Of a DNA stretch of 31,813 nucleotides, positions 18,349 through 25,383 are shown one piece after another. Source of the DNA: a virus (Duplodnaviria; Caudoviricetes); the IMG/VR virus record IMGVR_UViG_3300038679_000376, positions 1-31,813 of that record. The stretch is one strand, 5' to 3'. Both the position numbers and the translations under genes were made by a program. The stretch's first letter is position 1, and each line of letters begins with the position of its first letter. Under the pieces are notes generated by a model. That model made no database searches. It had not been told where the DNA came from and saw only the letters and a program-made list of their open reading frames with translations.

Positions 18349-18563
18349 CGGCCCGGCCTCCGCACATTCCCGGCAACGGTTCGTAAAACAGCCGTTCCAG
18401 CTTCCGCGCGCGCCAGCGCCAGGATTGCATTTAATTCGTCCAGCTTGACCGTGTTATAAATGACCGATCCATCACTTAAGGTCATTTGTGACGGTAGCCG
18501 CCCGGTCATCAATTTCATCCTTGCCGCTTCCAGCGCCGCTATATCAGCCGATGTAAAGGCCAT
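18345..18563 (-). CDS. Head-tail joining protein (gpW-like)
   Basis: 72 aa (MAFTSADIAALEAA..DGSVIY..LDEL), ATGA-coupled to the portal gene. Confidence 0.8.
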   Translation of the reverse strand: MAFTSADIAALEAARMKLMTGRLPSQMTLSDGSVIYNTVKLDELNAILALARAEAGTAVLRTVAGNVRRPGR

Positions 18564-18564
18564 A

Positions 18565-18692
18565 AAAAAACCCCGTGTTAAGTTAATTTTGCATTAACCT
18601 AACATGGGGTTTTTTAATGAATTAATATTTAAGGATATTTAATGTTTTTTTATATGTTTTTCATATGTTTTTATCAATTTTTATATATTTTT
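18565..18692 (-). promoter_or_regulatory. AT-rich repeat array plus long hairpin upstream of the head operon
   Basis: Plus-strand direct repeats atatttaa (18625, 18635) and atatgttttt (18652, 18663), with a related copy atgttttt at 18642. Inverted repeat AAAAAACCCCATGTTAGGTTAAT-GCAAA-ATTAACTTAACACGGGGTTTTTT at 18615-18565. Confidence 0.6.
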
Positions 18693-18977
18693 TATGCTTG
18701 ACACCTTTTTTTTAATCCCTCTTTTTTTACCTTTTCCCGGTGATTTTTCAGTTTCATCGTCTCTTTTTTCTACCGGATCTTCAATTTCTTCCGTTTTTGA
18801 TTCGATCCCTTCAAAATAACGCCGCTTCCATGTATCAATTGATTCCGTGTCGGACTCCCAAACCCCGCCAACCTTCTTTATAGGCAAGGATCTATATTGT
18901 TTGATCAATGACATTACCGTTGAAGGTGTCCGCCCCATGTGTGATGCAATCGCCGCCATACCCATTAAAATGCCCAT
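18681..18977 (-). CDS. Small excisionase-like winged-HTH DNA-binding protein
   Basis: Start moved to ATG 18977, 1 nt after the terL stop. LMGMAAIASHMGRTPSTVMSLIKQYRSLPIKKVGGVWES fits an Xis/AlpA-type HTH-wing. Basic tail. Confidence 0.7.
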   Translation of the reverse strand: MGILMGMAAIASHMGRTPSTVMSLIKQYRSLPIKKVGGVWESDTESIDTWKRRYFEGIESKTEEIEDPVEKRDDETEKSPGKGKKRGIKKKVSSIKNI

Positions 18978-18978
18978 A

Positions 18979-20817
18979 TCACCACCGCCGCCTTTTTTGA
19001 ATTTGTTGCCGCTTATCACTTTCGCCGCCGTTTTCCGCTTCCCGGGGTTTCGATTCGAATGTATCCCAATCAATCAAGGGCATCCCCGCCCTATACGCCG
19101 CCGCCAGCGCGTACACTTCAGCGTCAAGCGCTTCGTTTCTATCCCTGGTCTTGATCCATTCATAATGCGGGAACCCCTTAGAGAACTGAACAACGGATTT
19201 TTCAGCCGACAACTGTAAAAAGTATTCATCATCCAGCCCCAGGAACCAATGATATGCCCCCGGCCCTTCAATCAGTTTTAGCCTTGAATAAATCTGCGTT
19301 TTTGCAGTATCCACCCCGACAGGCCAAAGCTGAATACCGTTTTTGTATTTCATTCCCTGATCTGTAACATCCTGATAAGTCGGTTTGCCGATAATCGGGC
19401 GCGCTTCCGTGCTTTGCCCCTTCAGCGCAATCACAACCGGATCACGCTTCCGCACATACCTGTAAACATCATTCGTCCTATACCCCGCATCGATCCCCAT
19501 TGAAGCAATATGATAAATCTCTCCGGACTCCCCTTGATATCCACGGTATAAAAGACCGTCAAGCTGCTCCCAAACGGCCTTTTCTGCCGTGTCGCCCCAT
19601 AATTCGCCCCAATACACCAGAAAAGATTCTTCCCCGCGCCCCCAGGCCCGCACAATGACCGCCAGCCTGTTTTCCTGGACATCGACCCCAGCAGTAAGAA
19701 ACAAACCGCCAGCCGGAACCATCAACGGCGAATAAACTGAACATCTTGACTTTAACACCGCCCATTGGGGCTGTTCTCCGGATTCTTCAAATGGTAAACC
19801 CCTCCGGGTATTAACCCACACTTTAAGTTTGCTTTGATTTCCCTTCGCGTCAATAAACTCTTGTGCAATCTGTAGCCATGACACAAAACCGGCTGGCGAC
19901 ATAAACCCGCTGATATGATATCCACGTTTATCTCTCCCAGGATGTCCAGCCCGCCATTCTCCGCGCGCCAGCATTTCCGTTTTGTGATGTTCGTCAATGC
20001 GCCCATGACACCCGCGGCACTGATACCAGCAATCAACAACAACGCCATCATCAACAATAAATTTGATCCCATATTCCGCACCCTTCCCGCCCCATTCCAG
20101 GACTTGCATTTCTCCACAAATCGGACAAGGAACATAATATTTCCGCTGATCCGATTTTAAATATTCAGCCTCAACCAGAGAAGCCCCCTTGATTGTCGGG
20201 GTTGATATCTTCAAGATCTTTTTTCTGCTTGAATATGTATCTGTTCGCTTTCCTGCCAGTTCTATTGGATCCCCTTCGCCTTCGATATCCAACAGGAACC
20301 CGTCAATATCATCCAGGATCATAAACCGGATTGACTTTGACCGGTAGCTGGCGCCGGAATTCGACCCCGCAAAATATAAAGCGCCTCCCCGGAACGCTTT
20401 CGTCAGAACCGTGTTTGACCCGTCCCGGCTTCGATTCGCCGCGACTTTTTCCTTCAGCCGTGGGCAAGCCTCAATCATTGGAGCCACGCGGTTCTTGCTA
20501 TGATCCTGCGCCAGATCAACCGTTGGCAACATATACATGGTAGGCCCCGGCGCGTTGTCAATGATATAGCCCAGGAAGTTGTTTGCAATCTCGGTTCCGC
20601 CAATCTGCGTGGCTTTCATAATGCTGATATCCGTCACAGGATCACTCACGGAAAGCGTTTCCATGATCTCTTTCAAGAAAGGGGTTCTGCTTGTTCGATA
20701 TCTTCCAGCCTCTTTCGAGGCATCAGTCAAAACCCTGTGTGCATCAGCCCATGAGCAGACCGTCAAAACCGGTTCCGGCCTTAACCCTTCCCCAAAATAC
20801 GGTGTATATCCATCCAT
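18979..20817 (-). CDS. terL: Terminase large subunit, lambda GpA family
   Basis: 612 aa with RTPFLKEIM, MKATQIGGTE, FMILDDID, ISTPTIKG, SDQRKYYVPCPICG, LTAGVDVQ and RNEALDAEVYALAA motifs. Confidence 0.97.
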   Translation of the reverse strand: MDGYTPYFGEGLRPEPVLTVCSWADAHRVLTDASKEAGRYRTSRTPFLKEIMETLSVSDPVTDISIMKATQIGGTEIANNFLGYIIDNAPGPTMYMLPTVDLAQDHSKNRVAPMIEACPRLKEKVAANRSRDGSNTVLTKAFRGGALYFAGSNSGASYRSKSIRFMILDDIDGFLLDIEGEGDPIELAGKRTDTYSSRKKILKISTPTIKGASLVEAEYLKSDQRKYYVPCPICGEMQVLEWGGKGAEYGIKFIVDDGVVVDCWYQCRGCHGRIDEHHKTEMLARGEWRAGHPGRDKRGYHISGFMSPAGFVSWLQIAQEFIDAKGNQSKLKVWVNTRRGLPFEESGEQPQWAVLKSRCSVYSPLMVPAGGLFLTAGVDVQENRLAVIVRAWGRGEESFLVYWGELWGDTAEKAVWEQLDGLLYRGYQGESGEIYHIASMGIDAGYRTNDVYRYVRKRDPVVIALKGQSTEARPIIGKPTYQDVTDQGMKYKNGIQLWPVGVDTAKTQIYSRLKLIEGPGAYHWFLGLDDEYFLQLSAEKSVVQFSKGFPHYEWIKTRDRNEALDAEVYALAAAYRAGMPLIDWDTFESKPREAENGGESDKRQQIQKRRRW

Positions 20818-20827
20818 ATTTAACTTC

Positions 20828-21379
20828 CTAAATCATTCCCTGGCTTAATTCTTCCAGCGCAGACCGTAATTCTGCCGTAAGTAGCGACCTTACGGCCCCT
20901 TCGCGCGATTCAGCAGCAAGTAAAGCCGACACCCTATCCGGTACGTTTAAAATCGCGTCACGCGTGCGCCTGGCGCAATCAAACGCTGCCGCCTTGACCA
21001 CTTCCGCGTTAATCAGCTTCCCCGTTTTTTCTTCATATTCCAGCTTTTTTATCGCCGCCTTATACTGTTCATTCAACGTTCGCGCCTGTGAATAATCAAG
21101 CGTTGTCCTGACTCCGGCTGTTTTTACCGCCTCCTTTTTTTCGCCTTCAGACAGATTCCGGACAGCCTCCCGGATCTTGCTTGGGTTCATCGGGTCAATT
21201 CGCGTTTCCAGGATCTTTTTTCCCTTTTCAACGTCAATCAAGATCCTGTTATTCAGCCTTTTCGTTGCCCCCGAAAGCCGTCCTTCGCGCAAAAAAAAAG
21301 CGATTCTGGGCTGTGACACTCCAAGCCGCCGCGCGAATTCCGACTGTGTTACCCATTCCGCCGCTTTTTTCGCCATCAT
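20828..21379 (-). CDS. terS: Terminase small subunit (Nu1-like)
   Basis: N-terminal HTH (TQSEFARRLGVSQPRI) and YSQART..KLEYEEKTGKLINAEVV..ILNVPDRVS..ELRSALEEL motifs, immediately before terL. Confidence 0.88.
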   Translation of the reverse strand: MMAKKAAEWVTQSEFARRLGVSQPRIAFFLREGRLSGATKRLNNRILIDVEKGKKILETRIDPMNPSKIREAVRNLSEGEKKEAVKTAGVRTTLDYSQARTLNEQYKAAIKKLEYEEKTGKLINAEVVKAAAFDCARRTRDAILNVPDRVSALLAAESREGAVRSLLTAELRSALEELSQGMI

Positions 21380-22161
21380 ACGCCCCTGATCGGCGCTTTA
21401 ACGACCGGGTTTATGTCCCTTTCACCCCGTTTGGTCTTTGTCATCTGGTGGGATCGTTCCGCCTGATCCTGTTTCACAATTTTACCGCCCCACTTTTTAA
21501 CCAGCAGATCAAATTGTTCCTGTTCGCGTTTCATATTACGATATTCAGCGCATCCGCCCGGCTGCCCGCCGCCAGACCCCGCCTGTTTCGCGGAAAAATA
21601 GAACTTGTTAAGCCTCAATACGCCCCGATACTTGTTCAAATGCTGCAAAATCAGATCATAATCTTCCTTTAATGGCAGCCTTTCGTCATAACGCAAATCT
21701 GACCGGATATGGACGCAAAAAGTGGCTGAAATGTATGACAAGGTTGAAAACGGGGTATATTCCCTGTAACTTTGCCCGTCATTGTTGCAGTTTATCCCCC
21801 ACAATTTAACGCCCCATTCTTCAGCCAGCGCCGTTGTCTGTTCGATCCAAGGGATAACATCTTCAGACACCAGCCGGCGCCGCTTCCGTTTTTCAAAATA
21901 CTGGATACCTCCGAAATCATCATCGATCATGCAGACCGCATCTACGCCCGCTTGGTCCTCTGAATCCAGGATATAGTTGCGAACCCGCGCAATATTCCCA
22001 CGGACAGCCGGAGGCAGCGCCCGGATCACCGCCCCGGGGTTCCCCTTTTTGTAGCTTTCGACCTCTGTTTCACACACCCAAACCTGAGCAGATGGAACAT
22101 ATTTCAGGGTTCGAACTCCATTAGGTCGCTTCAAGCTCGGTATATTGACCGTTATCCTCAT
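21376..22161 (-). CDS. GREB1/TAGT-like GT-A glycosyltransferase
   Basis: 261 aa with IPSLKR, GNIARVRNYILD, CMIDDD (DxD), LWGI, YDERLPLKEDYDLILQ and QPGGC motifs of phage GREB1-like glycosyltransferases. Confidence 0.8.
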   Translation of the reverse strand: MRITVNIPSLKRPNGVRTLKYVPSAQVWVCETEVESYKKGNPGAVIRALPPAVRGNIARVRNYILDSEDQAGVDAVCMIDDDFGGIQYFEKRKRRRLVSEDVIPWIEQTTALAEEWGVKLWGINCNNDGQSYREYTPFSTLSYISATFCVHIRSDLRYDERLPLKEDYDLILQHLNKYRGVLRLNKFYFSAKQAGSGGGQPGGCAEYRNMKREQEQFDLLVKKWGGKIVKQDQAERSHQMTKTKRGERDINPVVKAPIRGV

Positions 22162-22865
22162 CTCATGTGCCCCAGGATCTTGTTTATCGCTTCCGGCCCC
22201 TTGATCACCCGCCCGATTCCGCGCTTTATGAATCCGGGCTTGTCATTTCCAGCCTTGACCGTCTTAATTTCGAACAGGCTTTGCGCCTGAAGCCAATCAA
22301 TGTCATTGTCGAACGTCAAAACAAGGTAATTTTTCGATTCCGTCAATTCCTCCGAAAATTCGATTTCAGGTTTGTCTGAATCGCCGCCGCCAGCCCCGAC
22401 GCCGTCACTACCATCAGCCACCACAAAGCCGTCTGCAGGATCAAAATCGAACCCCGTAAGGCCAGTATCAAACCCCGCCGCGTCAAGCTGCCGTAAAAGC
22501 TGATCCGCCATATCGTCATCCAGGATTGAAAGCTCTTGGACCTTGTTATCCGCCAACAGATCCGCCGTTTCCGCTTCATCGCTTTCATAATCCTGGTAAT
22601 CGACCGGGGCCTTTTTCAGCTTCGCGCGCTTCGCAGCTGCAAGCCGACAATGACCGGACACGATGAAACCAGACCTCCTGGAAACCTTGATAGGCCAGCG
22701 CCAGCCCTGCGCCTCGATTATCTCCGCCAACTTTTGAATTTGTTCAACCGGGTGCCGGTTCGGATTCCGCGGGTTCCCCTTCAATTGATCCAGGGGAACC
22801 AGTTCATCAAACGCGCACCATACCGGCACGCGCCCGACCATCCCCTTTGGTTTCGATTCCTTCAT
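22158..22865 (-). CDS. ParB/Srx N-terminal domain protein
   Basis: LKGNPRNPNRH..IEAQGWRWPIKV..IVSGHCRLAAAKR..LLADNKVQELS. C-terminal module EIEFSEEL..NYLVLTFDNDIDWLQAQSLF..GIGRVI. Confidence 0.88.
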   Translation of the reverse strand: MKESKPKGMVGRVPVWCAFDELVPLDQLKGNPRNPNRHPVEQIQKLAEIIEAQGWRWPIKVSRRSGFIVSGHCRLAAAKRAKLKKAPVDYQDYESDEAETADLLADNKVQELSILDDDMADQLLRQLDAAGFDTGLTGFDFDPADGFVVADGSDGVGAGGGDSDKPEIEFSEELTESKNYLVLTFDNDIDWLQAQSLFEIKTVKAGNDKPGFIKRGIGRVIKGPEAINKILGHMR

Positions 22866-23227
22866 TTTTCACCTTTCAACCGAAAAACATGTGTTTCCTT
22901 CCCGACTTTTCGCGCATATTCAAGCGTGTACCGCGTTCCGTTTGATTTCATATCCCAAAAGGCAACCACAAAATCAGCGTAATCAACGATCTGCCGGTTA
23001 CGCTCAAAAAACCATTTTGGATGATACGGCACGCCCGGATCTGTCTTGAACCTGGGCAAAAAAACCTTCATCGGCAACCCCCTGCTTTCCGCGTATTTCT
23101 CCGCCACCGAATCAGCCCCCGCCGCGCCGCCTGAAACGACTTCACCGACCGAAAACCGGTCAAGAATCAACGCCGCCCTGTCAAAATCTTCAAAATATCT
23201 TGATCCAATCACAGCAACTTTGTTCAT
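22862..23227 (-). CDS. SLOG superfamily protein (YspA/DUF2493-like)
   Basis: Start moved to ATG 23227 (ATGA overlap). KVAVIGSRYF, VVSGGAAGADSVAEKYA, RNRQIVDYADFVVAFWD and SNGTRYTLEYARKVGK motifs. Confidence 0.88.
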   Translation of the reverse strand: MNKVAVIGSRYFEDFDRAALILDRFSVGEVVSGGAAGADSVAEKYAESRGLPMKVFLPRFKTDPGVPYHPKWFFERNRQIVDYADFVVAFWDMKSNGTRYTLEYARKVGKETHVFRLKGEK

Positions 23228-24249
23228 ACGTTCCCCCAATAACAAAAAACCAGCGCAATGCACCCAAACCGCCGCGCCGATAACACACGCTGACATTCTT
23301 TCACCGTCCACCTGGTTGTGGATACATCATCCAGAATCAGACAACAGCCGCCCGTTTCCTTGAAATCATCTTTCAAAATAAATTCCTCGTTTTCCCTATG
23401 TGTCCGGGCTCCGACTCCATGCCCCGTTTTTTTCTTCCTTGGGGTGAATATCTCCCGGTATTGAATCCCGACCATACCGGACACTTCGCGTGCGACCACC
23501 CCTATTGGATATCCTTCATAACCGCCCGCCCTTTTGCCGTTTGGTGGCGGCACACTGATAAAATCAAAGTGGTTTTTCCTGGAGAGAATCGCACGCGCAA
23601 AATCCGACACCATTTCAGACTGAAAGCCCGGATCACTTTCAGGGTTCTTTTTCCAATCCTTCAGCCGTTTGAACCCTTCCTCTTTTGCCTGATGCAGGCA
23701 GAATGACCCCAAAAACGCCGGAAAAGACTTGATTGTCACTTTTCCACTATCTCCATGCTGATCCTGATTTTCTTCCTTATCCCGCCGTTTAAGCAAATCA
23801 CTTTCGCCTGTAAAATCAGACTGATTACCGCCAATTTCCATGTCAACATCAAAATCAGGAATTTCGATTTCTCCCAGCATCGAATCAAAATCAATATCGT
23901 TTTCCAGCAAAAAAGCTGAAAGGCCATCATCCGTTATCCTCCCATATCTTGAATTTATTACCAGCAGCTTTCCTGCCGCTTCAGCCTTGCTCTTTGCCTT
24001 GATTTCAACGACCGGGACGCCCTGGATAGTATTCCCTTCCCGGATCAACGCTTTAAGCGCTTCAAGCCGCTGATGCCCATCCAGGATAAAGCCGCGCCAT
24101 GTAAAAACCGGGAAGGAAAAACCATACTTCAGGATTGATCTTTTCAGCTTTTCGCGCGCCTCGACAGTCAACAGCTTCAAACCTCCCTGAAAGCCCTTCA
24201 GGGAGCCTATTTTTACCAACGAACCGCCACATGTAACCCTGATTTCCAT
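23224..24249 (-). CDS. ParB-like N-terminal domain fused to a ComF-like type I phosphoribosyltransferase domain
   Basis: N-terminus KLKRSILKYGFSFPVFTW..ILDGHQRLEALK..VPVVEI (ParB), an acidic linker, then FISVPPP..KR..GY..VAREVS and LILDDVSTTRWT (PRPP-binding-loop-like). Confidence 0.75.
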   Translation of the reverse strand: MEIRVTCGGSLVKIGSLKGFQGGLKLLTVEAREKLKRSILKYGFSFPVFTWRGFILDGHQRLEALKALIREGNTIQGVPVVEIKAKSKAEAAGKLLVINSRYGRITDDGLSAFLLENDIDFDSMLGEIEIPDFDVDMEIGGNQSDFTGESDLLKRRDKEENQDQHGDSGKVTIKSFPAFLGSFCLHQAKEEGFKRLKDWKKNPESDPGFQSEMVSDFARAILSRKNHFDFISVPPPNGKRAGGYEGYPIGVVAREVSGMVGIQYREIFTPRKKKTGHGVGARTHRENEEFILKDDFKETGGCCLILDDVSTTRWTVKECQRVLSARRFGCIALVFCYWGNV

Positions 24250-24301
24250 CTACCACCATAACATTATGTTTTATAACGGCTTTTTCACTCCACCACCTGA
24301 G

Positions 24302-24355
24302 AAAACGCGGCGCGTCGGGAACCCGCGGTCTTTCGACCCCCCGGAAGGACCCGTG
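24302..24355 (-). other. Candidate cos packaging site (cosQ-cosN-like)
   Basis: Minus strand ACGGGTCCTTCCGGGGGGTCGAAAGACCGCGGGTTCCCGACGCGCCGCGTTTT. It contains the lambda cosQ heptamer GGGTCCT (24352-24346) followed about 20 nt later by a GC-rich partly symmetric block. Intergenic and upstream of a GpA-type terminase. Confidence 0.65.
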
Positions 24356-24374
24356 ACATACCCACTCATACCCA

Positions 24375-24839
24375 CTATTCCCCTATGTCGTTAGCAGTTG
24401 TAATAAGAATATTTGTCCGCGCTTCCTCTCCTCGATCCGCATACAGCTTACTTGCAACGATCCACACGACAACGCTATCATCAGCCCAAACACCGCAATG
24501 ATTCAAACAGTCCAGCGCGAACTTGATATAATTATCAAGATCCGGCTTCTTACCAGGAACAGCCGGGGCGGTCGGCTTTAACTTCATCGCATTCCGCCCG
24601 CTTCCCCAATGCCCTGCCGGCCGCTTCAAATAGCATTTCAACTTGATCCCCACTGGGCAATCAACGACAACGCCTTGACCCGGCACCAGCGCTTTCTTGA
24701 CCTGATCCCGCGCCGTCAAGACCCACAGCCCGGTTTCTTCTTCCTGATCCGAATAAGCGCAAACATGCTTTCCACGCCTCGCAAATCTGGGCCTGTTTTG
24801 TGCAATCGGTTGCCCCGGTATCGTCAACGCAAGCCGCAT
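24375..24839 (-). CDS. rusA: RusA family Holliday junction resolvase
   Basis: Start at ATG 24839 (GAAGGGGG RBS). IPGQPIAQNRPRF, KKPDLDNYIKFALDCLN and WADDSVVV motifs. Confidence 0.93.
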   Translation of the reverse strand: MRLALTIPGQPIAQNRPRFARRGKHVCAYSDQEEETGLWVLTARDQVKKALVPGQGVVVDCPVGIKLKCYLKRPAGHWGSGRNAMKLKPTAPAVPGKKPDLDNYIKFALDCLNHCGVWADDSVVVWIVASKLYADRGEEARTNILITTANDIGE

Positions 24840-24877
24840 ATATCCCCCTTCATTTCCATGATTAACACCGATCTTTT

Positions 24878-25381
24878 TTATCCAATCCCGCCAGCCAAAA
24901 GCTTTAATCTGCGGTTCTGCGCTTCGCCACATTCGATTTGCACGGTTTTCCCGGTACGATTCATAGATTGATAAGCCTCGGCAAAATCACGGGCCCACCA
25001 TTTCAACTCTGTTTCAGTCATCGCGCACAATGACCGAAACGACCATCTTGAATCCATCAAGTCCCGGGTGATCATATCGTCAAAAACCGGTGTTCCATAT
25101 GATCCGACCATCCGGATCTGTTTTACGATTTCATTCACCTGGAACTGAGCCTTGTCGTTTCCGCTTCCCTCGATTTCTTCAATGAACTCCGCAACCGTAG
25201 GCATTCCCAGGCTTATCCGCTTCGCCATGATCCGGATTGCTGCCGCCTCTACCTGTTCGACAGCGTAACACTTCAACACTGCAAAACTGAGCCGCAAGCC
25301 TTGCGCGCTAACCTTCGCAGAAAAGTTTTCTGCTAAACCGGTCATAATTTCCAGAAACCTTTTTTTGTCCAAATCGTCCAT
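24878..25381 (-). CDS. Helicase loader/inhibitor-like replication accessory protein (DUF6475-like)
   Basis: 167 aa directly after the initiator; KRFLEIMTGLAENF..YAVEQVEAAA..MPTVAEFIEEI..VGSYGTPVFDD pattern. Confidence 0.65.
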   Translation of the reverse strand: MDDLDKKRFLEIMTGLAENFSAKVSAQGLRLSFAVLKCYAVEQVEAAAIRIMAKRISLGMPTVAEFIEEIEGSGNDKAQFQVNEIVKQIRMVGSYGTPVFDDMITRDLMDSRWSFRSLCAMTETELKWWARDFAEAYQSMNRTGKTVQIECGEAQNRRLKLLAGGIG

Positions 25382-25383
25382 GT

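Noticed and set aside
18681-18977. HTH protein as a true excisionase marking an att site
   Set aside because: No integrase or att-like repeat nearby; its position inside the late operon favours a regulatory role.
20585-20620. terL Walker A lacking GKT (MKATQIGGTE)
   Set aside because: Deviant Walker A motifs with an early Lys are normal for lambda GpA-family terminases.
21376-24249. ParB genes as a plasmid-prophage partition system
   Set aside because: No ParA ATPase, no HTH/parS-binding domain and no parS repeats; the domains are the terminase-associated type.
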